Assembly: GCA_964603015.1 (NCBI GenBank)
Contig: CAZRTN010000001.1
Coordinates: 16,864 to 80,863, forward strand
Source of the DNA: an uncultured Thermotogaceae bacterium
GTDB taxonomy: Bacteria; Thermotogota; Thermotogae; Petrotogales; Petrotogaceae
Length of the DNA: 64,000 nt
Direction of reading: 5' to 3'
Under the pieces are notes generated by a model, which had not been told where the DNA came from, searched no databases, and saw only the letters and a list, made by a program, of their open reading frames with translations. A program made the translations under genes and the position numbers. Every line of letters starts with the position of its first letter. Position 1 is the first letter of the stretch. This document shows, one piece after another, positions 53,158-62,149 of the stretch.

Positions 53158-53460
53158 ATGCCAAAGAAAATAATAGTTGGAAAAGTAGTCAGCGATAAAA
53201 TGGATAAATCAATAACTGTTGAAGTTAAAGATTTGGTAAAACATCCAGTTTATAAAAAAACAATTAGAAGAACTAAAAAATATCATGCACATGATGAAAA
53301 CAATGAAGCAAGCATAGGAGACATAGTACAAATCCAAGAATCTAGACCTTATTCAAAACTAAAAAAATTCGTATTAATTAAAGTAGTTAAAAGATCTATA
53401 TTTGGAGAAGAAGAGGAAACACCCGAGTCTGTGGAAGAAATTCTCGGAGGTGAAAGCTGA
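53158..53460 (+). CDS. rpsQ: 30S ribosomal protein S17 with acidic C-terminal tail
   Basis: [27 protein letters not shown]. Confidence 0.97.
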   Translation: MPKKIIVGKVVSDKMDKSITVEVKDLVKHPVYKKTIRRTKKYHAHDENNEASIGDIVQIQESRPYSKLKKFVLIKVVKRSIFGEEEETPESVEEILGGES

Positions 53461-53828
53461 TGGTTCAAGTAGAATCCAAATTAAGAGTAGCTGATAATTC
53501 AGGAGCTAAAGTTGTAAAAGTAATCAGAGTTCTTGGAGGTTTCCATAAGGCTACAGGATCATTAGGAGAAATAATAGTTGCAGCTGTACAAGAAGCAATT
53601 CCACATGCAGATATAAAAAAAGGTCAAGTTGTAAAAGCTGTAATTGTTAGAACTAGTAAAGAAGTTAGAAGAAAAGATGGATCATATATCAGATTTGACG
53701 ATAATGCTGCTGTATTGATTGATAAAAACAATTTACCAATCGGTACAAGAGTTTTCGGACCTGTTGCAAGAGAAATAAGAGATGCAGGTTACACTAAAAT
53801 AGCATCACTTGCAAAAGAAGTTTGGTGA
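53460..53828 (+). CDS. rplN: 50S ribosomal protein L14
   Basis: [26 protein letters not shown]. Confidence 0.98.
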   Translation: MVQVESKLRVADNSGAKVVKVIRVLGGFHKATGSLGEIIVAAVQEAIPHADIKKGQVVKAVIVRTSKEVRRKDGSYIRFDDNAAVLIDKNNLPIGTRVFGPVAREIRDAGYTKIASLAKEVW

Positions 53829-53844
53829 CGAGGTGGTGAATTCA

Positions 53845-54162
53845 ATGAGAATAAAAAAAGATGATACTGTACAAGTGATAACAGGTAAAGATAAAGGTAA
53901 AAAAGGAAAAGTATTAAGAGTAATACCAAAAACAGAATCGGTTATTGTTGACAATATTAATGTTATTAAAAAACATCAAAAGCCAACTCAACAAATGAGA
54001 GAAGGTGGAATTATAGAACAGCCTTCCCCAATTCACGTTTCTAAAGTCCAAGTTATATGTCCAAGTTGTGGTAAAAAAACTAGAGTTGGATATGAAACAA
54101 TGGATGATGGTAAAAAAGCAAGATATTGCAAGAAATGTGAAGAAATAATCGATAAAGTGTAA
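53845..54162 (+). CDS. rplX: 50S ribosomal protein L24
   Basis: KDDTVQVITGKDKGK (KOW), GGII, CxxC...CxxC. ATG 53845. Confidence 0.96.
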   Translation: MRIKKDDTVQVITGKDKGKKGKVLRVIPKTESVIVDNINVIKKHQKPTQQMREGGIIEQPSPIHVSKVQVICPSCGKKTRVGYETMDDGKKARYCKKCEEIIDKV

Positions 54163-54178
54163 TTGAGGAGGAATTAAA

Positions 54179-54730
54179 ATGGCTGAATATATCCCACTCA
54201 AAGACAGGTACAAAGAAATAATTGTTCCTGATTTGATGAAGAAATTTGAATATACAAACAGAATGCAAGCTCCTGAGATTGTAAAAATAGTTGTTAATAT
54301 GGGTATATCAGAAGGTGCAAGAAACAAAGGTGTTCCTGAAAAACATGCACAAGAGTTATCAACTATAGTAGGACAAAAAGCTGTTATAACAAAAGCTAAA
54401 AAATCAGTTGCTAACTTCAAGTTAAGAGAAGGAATGCCAATTGGAGCAAAAGTTACTCTAAGAGGAATTAACAAATACAATTTTTTATACAAATTAATAA
54501 ATATTGTATTTCCTAAATTGAGAGACTTTAGAGGTATGCCTTCTGATTCATTTGATGGAAGAGGAAACTATACATTTGGTTTAAGTGAACAAGTGGTTTT
54601 TCCTGAAATAAGACATGATGATGTAAATAGAATTCAGGGAATGGATATCACAATAGTTACATCTGCTAATACAGATGAAGAAGCAAAAGAATTATTAGCG
54701 GGTTTTGGATTCCCATTCAAAAGACAGTGA
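54179..54730 (+). CDS. rplE: 50S ribosomal protein L5
   Basis: KIVVNMG, FKLREG, RDFRG, FDGRGNY. Confidence 0.97.
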   Translation: MAEYIPLKDRYKEIIVPDLMKKFEYTNRMQAPEIVKIVVNMGISEGARNKGVPEKHAQELSTIVGQKAVITKAKKSVANFKLREGMPIGAKVTLRGINKYNFLYKLINIVFPKLRDFRGMPSDSFDGRGNYTFGLSEQVVFPEIRHDDVNRIQGMDITIVTSANTDEEAKELLAGFGFPFKRQ

Positions 54731-54747
54731 TTGGAGGGATTGTTTAA

Positions 54748-54933
54748 ATGGCTAGAAAGGCTTTAGTAGAAAAATGGAAAAAACAGCCTAAATATAAAAC
54801 AAGAAAGTACTCAAGATGTAGAGTTTGTGGAAGACCAAGAGGTGTTATTAGAGAATTTGGTCTATGTAGAATATGTTTCAGAAAAATGGCTTTGGAAGGT
54901 AAACTTCCTGGTGTCAAAAAGGCTAGCTGGTAA
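54748..54933 (+). CDS. rpsZ: 30S ribosomal protein S14 type Z (zinc-binding)
   Basis: 61 aa, CRVCGR...[14 protein letters not shown]. Confidence 0.96.
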   Translation: MARKALVEKWKKQPKYKTRKYSRCRVCGRPRGVIREFGLCRICFRKMALEGKLPGVKKASW

Positions 54934-54947
54934 GGAGGGAAACGTCA

Positions 54948-55352
54948 ATGTGGTCTGATCCCATAGCAGATATGCTAACAAGAATCAGAAATTCAAACTC
55001 AGTTTTTAAAGAAAGCGTTGAAATTCCTGCATCTAATTTGAAAAAATCAATACTTGATATATTAAAAAGAGAAGGATATATAAGTGATTACAAATTCATT
55101 GAAGATGGTAAACAGGGAGTTCTCAAAGTAAATTTGAAATACAAAGGTGAAAGAAGAAAAAAAGAAAAAGTTATAGACGGAATTTTGAAAGTATCAAAAG
55201 CTGGTAGAAGAGTTTATGTTAAATCAGATGAAATCCCATCAGTAAAAGGCGGTTTAGGTATTGCTATAATTTCTTCTTCAAAAGGAGTAATTACTGACAA
55301 ACAAGCCAGAGATAATAAAGTTGGTGGAGAGGTAATCTGTTATGTTTGGTAA
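54948..55352 (+). CDS. rpsH: 30S ribosomal protein S8
   Basis: [28 protein letters not shown]. Confidence 0.97.
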   Translation: MWSDPIADMLTRIRNSNSVFKESVEIPASNLKKSILDILKREGYISDYKFIEDGKQGVLKVNLKYKGERRKKEKVIDGILKVSKAGRRVYVKSDEIPSVKGGLGIAIISSSKGVITDKQARDNKVGGEVICYVW

Positions 55353-55367
55353 GGAGGTGTTTTGATA

Positions 55368-55922
55368 ATGTCTAGAATTGCAGATAAACCTACTATTATC
55401 CCTGAAGGTGTTGAAATCAAAATAGATGGAAATATCATTAGTGTAAAAGGGAAAAAAGGTGAGTTAAGTTTTGATTTAGATGATCAATTTGATCTTGATA
55501 TAAATGAAAAAGAATTAATGGTGGTTTCAAAGCCATCTGAAAGTAAAAGAAAATCTAATTTAAAGAAACAAACTGCATTAAGAGGAACTTACACCTCTAT
55601 TATTAGAAATATGATAAATGGTGTTACAGAAGGTTTCTCAAAAGAATTAGAAATAGTTGGAATTGGATATAGAGCACAAATGCAAGGAAGTAAATTAATA
55701 TTAAACCTTGGTTATTCTCATCCAATTGAATTAACACCTCCAGAAGGAGTTACAGTTGAGGTTCCTCAGCCAAACAAAGTTAATGTAAAAGGTATAGATA
55801 AATATGCTGTTGGTCAATTAGCAGCTAAAATCAGAAAAATGAGAGAACCAAATGCTTATTCAGGTAAAGGTGTTAAATATATAGATGAAGTAATAATTAA
55901 GAAAGAAGGTAAAAAGGTTTAA
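55368..55922 (+). CDS. rplF: 50S ribosomal protein L6
   Basis: MSRI, GIGYRA, LGYSHP, YSGKGV. Confidence 0.97.
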   Translation: MSRIADKPTIIPEGVEIKIDGNIISVKGKKGELSFDLDDQFDLDINEKELMVVSKPSESKRKSNLKKQTALRGTYTSIIRNMINGVTEGFSKELEIVGIGYRAQMQGSKLILNLGYSHPIELTPPEGVTVEVPQPNKVNVKGIDKYAVGQLAAKIRKMREPNAYSGKGVKYIDEVIIKKEGKKV

Positions 55923-55947
55923 TAGTTAAAGGAGGGCTGAATAAAAG

Positions 55948-56316
55948 ATGATTAAAAAAGCCAATAAAAAAGCTCTTAGAAATAAAAGAAGAACCAAAAT
56001 TAGAAAAAATCTAAGAGGCACAGCTGAAAGACCAAGAATGGTCGTTACAAAATCAGAAAAACACATATATGTTCAAATCATAAATGATGTTGAAGGAATA
56101 ACTTTAACTTCTGCTTCAACTTTAGACAAAGATTTAAGAGACAGTATAGAAAAAACATGGACAATTGATGCAGCTAAAAAAGTTGGAGAATTAGTAGGAA
56201 AAAGAGCCACAGAGAATGGAATTTCAAAAATTGCATTTGATAGAGCTGGATATAAATATCACGGAAGAATCAAAGCCCTTGCGGATTCAGCCCGTGAATC
56301 AGGGCTAGAGTTTTAG
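55948..56316 (+). CDS. rplR: 50S ribosomal protein L18
   Basis: [22 protein letters not shown]. Confidence 0.97.
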   Translation: MIKKANKKALRNKRRTKIRKNLRGTAERPRMVVTKSEKHIYVQIINDVEGITLTSASTLDKDLRDSIEKTWTIDAAKKVGELVGKRATENGISKIAFDRAGYKYHGRIKALADSARESGLEF

Positions 56317-56333
56317 GGAGGTGCAGAAAACAT

Positions 56334-56867
56334 ATGGCTAAAAATAAAAATTTCAAAGCTACTGATGTTGCTCAAGAATTTGAAGAAAGAATTATAGAAA
56401 TCAGAAGGGTAACAAAAGTTACTACTGGTGGTAAAACTATATCTTTCAGATCTGTATCAGTAGTTGGAAATAAAAAAGGTAAAGTAGGAGTAGGAATTGG
56501 TAACGCTAGAGAAGTTCCTCAAGCAATTAGAAAATCAATTGATAATGCAAAAGCTAATTTAGTAGAAGTTCCAGTAAAAAATTCAACTATTCCATTCCAA
56601 ACAACTGGAGTTCAAGATGCTTCTAAAATTTTATTAATACCTGCTGCACCAGGTACAGGTATTATAGCATCTGCACCAGTTCGTGCGGTTGTAGAATTAG
56701 CTGGAGTTCATAATATTTTGACTAAAGCTCTTGGTTCAACTACTATTTTGAATTTAGCACAAGCTACATTAAATGGTTTAAAAGATTTAAAATCATTAGA
56801 AAAAATAGCTGAATTAAGAGATATCTCCGTAAAACAAGTAATCAATGGCGCACACGGGGAGGTTTGA
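56334..56867 (+). CDS. rpsE: 30S ribosomal protein S5
   Basis: [19 protein letters not shown]. Confidence 0.97.
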   Translation: MAKNKNFKATDVAQEFEERIIEIRRVTKVTTGGKTISFRSVSVVGNKKGKVGVGIGNAREVPQAIRKSIDNAKANLVEVPVKNSTIPFQTTGVQDASKILLIPAAPGTGIIASAPVRAVVELAGVHNILTKALGSTTILNLAQATLNGLKDLKSLEKIAELRDISVKQVINGAHGEV

Positions 56868-56871
56868 ATCA

Positions 56872-57054
56872 ATGAAAATGAAAATTAAATTAGTTAGAGG
56901 AAGAGCAGGAAAAACAAAAAGACAATTAGCTACTTTAGATTCATTAGGTTTAAACAAGCCAGGTAAAGAAGTAGAAAAAGAATTAAATGATTCAATAAAT
57001 GGAATGATTAACAAAGTAAAACATCTCGTTGAAATTGAAGAAATTGAAGAATGA
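56872..57054 (+). CDS. rpmD: 50S ribosomal protein L30
   Basis: LGLNK...[13 protein letters not shown] 56872. Confidence 0.95.
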   Translation: MKMKIKLVRGRAGKTKRQLATLDSLGLNKPGKEVEKELNDSINGMINKVKHLVEIEEIEE

Positions 57055-57067
57055 GGGGGTAAGAGTA

Positions 57068-57520
57068 ATGTCAATGAATATCGAAGATCTCAGACCCACA
57101 CCAGGTTCAAGATTTAAGAAAAAAAGACTAGGAAGAGGACCAGGTTCTGGCTTAGGTAAAACTGCTGGTAAAGGACACAAAGGAGCAAAAGCTAGAGCAG
57201 GTGCAAGTCAAAGAGCAGATTTTGAAGGTGGACAAACACCTTTATATAGAAGAAGTCCAAAATTTGGATTTACAAATGCACCATTTAAAAAAATTCACTC
57301 ATATGTAAATATTGATACTTTAGAAAATAGATTTAATGATGGCGATGAAATAACAGTTGAATTGTTATTAGAAAAAGGGATCATTAAAAAAGTAAATGAC
57401 GGACTAAAAGTTTTAGGTAAAGGAGAGCTTACCAAAAAATTAACTGTCACAGCCAACGCTTTTTCTGAATCAGCAAAACAAAAGATAGAAGCGAATGGCG
57501 GTAAGGCAGAGGTGATATAA
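57068..57520 (+). CDS. rplO: 50S ribosomal protein L15
   Basis: [28 protein letters not shown] 57068. Confidence 0.97.
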   Translation: MSMNIEDLRPTPGSRFKKKRLGRGPGSGLGKTAGKGHKGAKARAGASQRADFEGGQTPLYRRSPKFGFTNAPFKKIHSYVNIDTLENRFNDGDEITVELLLEKGIIKKVNDGLKVLGKGELTKKLTVTANAFSESAKQKIEANGGKAEVI

Positions 57521-57522
57521 TA

Positions 57523-58800
57523 ATGGCTAATGCTTTCAGGAATATATTCAAGATCCCGGAACTCCGGGATCGCGTCATTTTCACACTTTTAGCCTTAATA
57601 GCATTTAGAGTTGGAATTTATATTCCTATTCCAGGTATTAATGTTGAAGCTTGGCAAGGTGCATTAGGCGGAGCACAAAGTGGCGTTGCAGGGGGATTTA
57701 TTGGTTTTTTTGATGTTTTTGCTGGTGGAGCATTGCAGAATTTCTCAATATTTGTTATGAGTGTTACACCTTATATTAATGCATCTATTATTTTACAATT
57801 GCTATCTTCTGTTTTACCTAGTTTAAAAGAAATGATGAAAGAAGGAGAAGCAGGTAAAAAGAAATTTGGTGCATTAACAAGAAAACTAACATTAGCTATT
57901 GGTGGAGTTCAAGGACTTATGCTTTCTATAGCAGCATCAAACTATAGTGCGGAAGCCTTACCAAACTTCATGTTTGTTATATTATCAACAGCTTCAATCA
58001 TGGCAGGTACAATGTTCTTGTTATGGTTGGGTGAAATGATAACAGAAAAAGGTATAGGTAACGGTATATCTGTTTTGATCTTTGCTGGTATAGTTTCAAG
58101 ATATCCTAGTTATGCTGCTCAAGCATTTGTTGGTATGACTCCAATTGAATGGATACTTCTATTTTCTGTTGCTATAATAATAGTTGTAGCTACCGTTGCA
58201 GTTCAAACATCAGAAAGAAGAATAAACATTCAATATGCTAAAAGAGTAGTAGGAAATAAAATGTATGGTGGTTCTTCAACATACATTCCAGTAAAGGTTA
58301 ATGGTGGGGGAGTTATTCCTGTTATTTTTGCTTCAGCTATTATGACACTACCAAATTTAATTTCTGAAATGACTCAAAATACAGTTGATGATAGATTATT
58401 TGGAATTGGAGCACCATTATATTTGGCTCTTTATGGACTATTAGTATTCTTCTTTACATATTTTTATAGTTCAGTTGTTTTGGATCCAAATGATGTTGCT
58501 AATAATGTAAGAAGCTATGGTGGATTTATTCCTGGTATTAGACCAGGTAAACCTACTCAAAGATATATCAGAAATGTCATGAATAGAGTTACTTTTATTG
58601 GGGCTTTATTCTTAGTTATAATTGCTTTACTACCTTATTTAATAAGAAGTGGAGCAGGAGTCAACATTTGGATTGGAGGTACTAGTACTCTTATCGCTGT
58701 AGGTGTTGCTCTTGATATACTACAACAAATGGAACAACATATGATCGCCAGACAATACGAAGGATTTATGAAAAAAGGAAAACTTCGTGGAAGGAGATGA
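57523..58800 (+). CDS. secY: Preprotein translocase subunit SecY
   Basis: PYINASII, GIGNGIS, IPVIFAS, IPGIRPG, GGTS. Confidence 0.98.
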   Translation: MANAFRNIFKIPELRDRVIFTLLALIAFRVGIYIPIPGINVEAWQGALGGAQSGVAGGFIGFFDVFAGGALQNFSIFVMSVTPYINASIILQLLSSVLPSLKEMMKEGEAGKKKFGALTRKLTLAIGGVQGLMLSIAASNYSAEALPNFMFVILSTASIMAGTMFLLWLGEMITEKGIGNGISVLIFAGIVSRYPSYAAQAFVGMTPIEWILLFSVAIIIVVATVAVQTSERRINIQYAKRVVGNKMYGGSSTYIPVKVNGGGVIPVIFASAIMTLPNLISEMTQNTVDDRLFGIGAPLYLALYGLLVFFFTYFYSSVVLDPNDVANNVRSYGGFIPGIRPGKPTQRYIRNVMNRVTFIGALFLVIIALLPYLIRSGAGVNIWIGGTSTLIAVGVALDILQQMEQHMIARQYEGFMKKGKLRGRR

Positions 58801-58804
58801 CCCA

Positions 58805-59461
58805 ATGAAGTTAATCTTTTTTGGAGCTCCAGGCGCTGGTAAAGGCACCCAAGCACAAAAAACGTCTGATGAGTTTGGTATCCCTCATGTTTCAACAGGG
58901 GACATTTTGAGAGAAGCAGTGAAAAATGAAACTGAACTTGGTTTAAAAGTCAAAGATATACTTGAAAGAGGAGAACTCGTTTCTGATGAAATAATTAATA
59001 AACTAGTCGAAAAAAAGGTTTTAGAATTGGAATCATTTATTTTAGATGGTTATCCAAGAACTTTAGATCAAGCTAAATTTTTTGATCATGTATTAGAAAA
59101 AGCTAATAAAAAAATCGATGCTATAATAGTTATTGATGTATCAGAAGAAGATATAGTTAAAAGAATTACTAATAGAAGAGTTTGTCCTGAATGTGGAAAA
59201 GTTTATAATCTTTTGACATTAAAACCTAAAGATGATATGAAGTGTGATAATGATGGTGTCAGATTAATACAAAGAGATGACGATAAAGAAGAAACAGTAA
59301 GAGACAGATATAGAGTCTATAAAAAGAATACAGAACCTGTAATTGAATATTATAGAAAAAATAAAAATATTTTTACAATAAACGGCTCAAAAGATATTAA
59401 AAATGTAACAAAAGAACTGTTTAATATACTCAGAGGAGCATTATCTGATGATAATAATTAA
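58805..59461 (+). CDS. adk: Adenylate kinase (zinc LID)
   Basis: GAPGAGKGTQ, LDGYPRT, CPEC...CDND, RDDD. Confidence 0.97.
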   Translation: MKLIFFGAPGAGKGTQAQKTSDEFGIPHVSTGDILREAVKNETELGLKVKDILERGELVSDEIINKLVEKKVLELESFILDGYPRTLDQAKFFDHVLEKANKKIDAIIVIDVSEEDIVKRITNRRVCPECGKVYNLLTLKPKDDMKCDNDGVRLIQRDDDKEETVRDRYRVYKKNTEPVIEYYRKNKNIFTINGSKDIKNVTKELFNILRGALSDDNN

Positions 59462-60215
59462 GACAGACAAAGAAATTGATAAAATGAGACGGGCCGGCGA
59501 ATACTTAGCCCGTCTCCTTGATGTACATTTACCAGAACTTATAAAACAAGGTAACAATGCAGAACAAGTTGAAAAATTTGTTTTGAAATACATTAAAGAA
59601 ATTGGAGGAACTCCAACGTTTAAGGGATATTATGATTATCCATATGCGATAAATATGTCTATAAATGAAGAAATAATACATGGATTTCCAACAAAAGAAA
59701 AAATATTCAAAGATGGAGATATAGTTTCTGTAGACTGTGGAATAACTCTTGATGGTTATATAGCCGATAGTGCTAGAACATACTATGTCGGTGAAATAAA
59801 AGATGAAGAAAAAAAACTAATTGATACAACATATGAAGCACTAATGGTTGGAATAAAGAATGCCATTGTTGGAAATAGAGTTGGAGATATCAGTAATGCT
59901 ATTCAAACATATGTTGAAGATAGGGGTTTTTCCGTAATTAGAGACTTTGTAGGTCATGGTGTCGGCAGAAAACTTCATGAAGATCCACAAGTACCTAACT
60001 TTGGTAAATCTGGTAAAGGTCCAAAATTGAGAAAGAATATGACTTTAGCGATTGAACCTATGGTTGCTGCTGGAGATTACAGAGTTGAAATTCTTGAAGA
60101 TGGATGGACAACAGTTACCAAAGATAGAAGTAAAGCTGCTCATTTTGAATATACAATAGTTATTAAAGAAGAAGGCCCTCAAATTTTAACAGGTACTCCA
60201 AATCTAAAACCCTAA
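59448..60215 (+). CDS. map: Type I methionine aminopeptidase
   Basis: HGFP, DCG...DSA, GHGVG..LHE.P, IEPM. Confidence 0.96.
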   Translation: MIIIKTDKEIDKMRRAGEYLARLLDVHLPELIKQGNNAEQVEKFVLKYIKEIGGTPTFKGYYDYPYAINMSINEEIIHGFPTKEKIFKDGDIVSVDCGITLDGYIADSARTYYVGEIKDEEKKLIDTTYEALMVGIKNAIVGNRVGDISNAIQTYVEDRGFSVIRDFVGHGVGRKLHEDPQVPNFGKSGKGPKLRKNMTLAIEPMVAAGDYRVEILEDGWTTVTKDRSKAAHFEYTIVIKEEGPQILTGTPNLKP

Positions 60216-60232
60216 AGAAAAGGGGGGAAATT

Positions 60233-60481
60233 ATGGCTAAGAAAAAAGATGTTATCACAATGGAAGGTAAAATACTAGAATCTCTCCCAAATGCAAGATT
60301 TCGTGTTGAATTAGAAAATGGCCATGAAATTCTAGCTCATATATCAGGTAGAATGAGAAAAAACTTTATAAGATTATTACCGGGAGACAAAGTAACTGTA
60401 GAAGTTTCCATATATGATTTAAATAAAGGTAGAATTACAAGGAGAGAAAAGATAAAAAGAACTGATGATAACAATAACTAA
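60233..60481 (+). CDS. infA: Translation initiation factor IF-1
   Basis: [23 protein letters not shown]. Confidence 0.97.
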   Translation: MAKKKDVITMEGKILESLPNARFRVELENGHEILAHISGRMRKNFIRLLPGDKVTVEVSIYDLNKGRITRREKIKRTDDNNN

Positions 60482-60494
60482 GGAGGAAACTATT

Positions 60495-60611
60495 ATGAAA
60501 GTTAGAGCATCAGTAAAAAAACGATGTGAAAATTGTAGAGTTATTAGAAGAAGAGGAAGAGTTTGGGTTATTTGTGACAAAAATCCAAAACACAATCAAA
60601 GACAAGGTTAA
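60495..60611 (+). CDS. rpmJ: 50S ribosomal protein L36, absent from the ORF track
   Basis: Hand translation [38 protein letters not shown]. Confidence 0.97.
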   Translation: MKVRASVKKRCENCRVIRRRGRVWVICDKNPKHNQRQG

Positions 60612-60627
60612 TAAAGGAGGTATATAA

Positions 60628-60993
60628 ATGGCTCGTATTTTAGGGGTTGAAATACCAAATAATAAGAAAATATACGTATCATTGCAATCAATCTATGGTA
60701 TTGGTGAAACCACATCTTATGATATTTTAAGTTCATTGGAAATAGAACCTGAAATGAAAACAAAAGATTTAACTGATGATCAAATTTCTAAATTAGCTCA
60801 TTACATCAACGAAACATATTTAGTTGAAGGTGATTTAAGACAAGAAACTAATAAAAATATTAAAAGATTAATTGAAATAGGATCTTACAGAGGTAAAAGA
60901 CACAAAGCTAAGTTACCTGTAAGAGGTCAAAAAACACATGCTAATGCAAGAACAAGAAAAGGTCCAAGATTGACAAAAATAAGAAAAAAATAA
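60628..60993 (+). CDS. rpsM: 30S ribosomal protein S13
   Basis: MARILGV, IYGIG, LPVRGQKTHANARTRKG. Confidence 0.97.
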   Translation: MARILGVEIPNNKKIYVSLQSIYGIGETTSYDILSSLEIEPEMKTKDLTDDQISKLAHYINETYLVEGDLRQETNKNIKRLIEIGSYRGKRHKAKLPVRGQKTHANARTRKGPRLTKIRKK

Positions 60994-61007
60994 GGGAGGT
61001 TAACTGA

Positions 61008-61391
61008 ATGGCTAAGAAAAAAGCTAGACCAAAGAAAAAGAAAATATCAGTTGAAAAAGGTGTTATACATATCAATTCAACTTTTAATAATACAATCATT
61101 ACTTTAGCTGATCCAAACGGAAATACTGTTACTTGGTCAAGTGGAGGAAATGCAGGATTTAAGGGAACAAAAAAAGGTACACCATATGCTTCCCAATTAG
61201 CTGCAGATAAAGTTGCTAAAGAATCAATGAAATTAGGAGTAAAAAGAGTTGATATAGAAGTAAAAGGTCCAGGATCAGGTAGAGAATCTGCAATAAGATC
61301 AGTACAAGCTGCAGGTTTAACTGTTGAAGGAATAAGAGATGTAACTCCTATCCCTCATAATGGATGTAGACCTAAAAAGAAAAGATTTTAA
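61008..61391 (+). CDS. rpsK: 30S ribosomal protein S11
   Basis: [25 protein letters not shown]. Confidence 0.98.
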   Translation: MAKKKARPKKKKISVEKGVIHINSTFNNTIITLADPNGNTVTWSSGGNAGFKGTKKGTPYASQLAADKVAKESMKLGVKRVDIEVKGPGSGRESAIRSVQAAGLTVEGIRDVTPIPHNGCRPKKKRF

Positions 61392-61419
61392 TCAGAGTTA
61401 TTAAAGGAGGTTAACAATA

Positions 61420-62049
61420 ATGGCAAGATATAGAGGCCCTCTTGAAAAACTTTCAAGAAGAGAAGGATTCAATCTTCTTTTAAAAGGGGAAAGAAGTTAT
61501 TCAGAAAAATCATCAGCTGTTAAAAGAAATTTTGCACCAGGACAGCATGGTAAAGAGAATAAAAAATTAACACAATATGGAAAACAATTAAGATCAAAAC
61601 AAGCTATAAAAAGAATTTATGGCGTTTTAGAAAAACAATTCAGAAGATATTTTGAAGAAGCTGCAAAGAGAGAAGGACAAACAGGTGAAACTTTAATGCA
61701 ATTATTAGAATCAAGATTAGATACAGTTGCATTCCAAATGGGTTTTGCTGTTAACAGAAGAACTGCAAGACAAATGATAAGACATGGTCATATTTTGGTA
61801 AATGGTTCTAAAGTTGATATCCCTTCTTATAGAATTAAAGAAAGTGATGTTATTCAAGTAAAAGAAGGAAGCAGAAACATTCAACAAATTAAAGAAGGAA
61901 TTGACCTTGCAGATAGATTAGGAAGAACTCCTGCTTGGATAGATGTAAATAAAGATCAATTTAAAGGAACTTTTGTAAGAATACCATCAATCGATGAAAT
62001 GGACGTACCTGTAGATGTACAGGATATTATCGAGCTTTATTCAAAATAA
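61420..62049 (+). CDS. rpsD: 30S ribosomal protein S4
   Basis: MARY.GP, PGQHG, LESRLD, ARQ...HGH, IIELYSK. Confidence 0.97.
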   Translation: MARYRGPLEKLSRREGFNLLLKGERSYSEKSSAVKRNFAPGQHGKENKKLTQYGKQLRSKQAIKRIYGVLEKQFRRYFEEAAKREGQTGETLMQLLESRLDTVAFQMGFAVNRRTARQMIRHGHILVNGSKVDIPSYRIKESDVIQVKEGSRNIQQIKEGIDLADRLGRTPAWIDVNKDQFKGTFVRIPSIDEMDVPVDVQDIIELYSK

Positions 62050-62149
62050 TATATTTGTCTTCAGTTAATACAAAAAATGAGGATCACCTCGTCCAAAATC
62101 AAGGAAAGGAGGTGTACCCGGTTAATAGCAAGGCAATCCGGGGAAGCGT

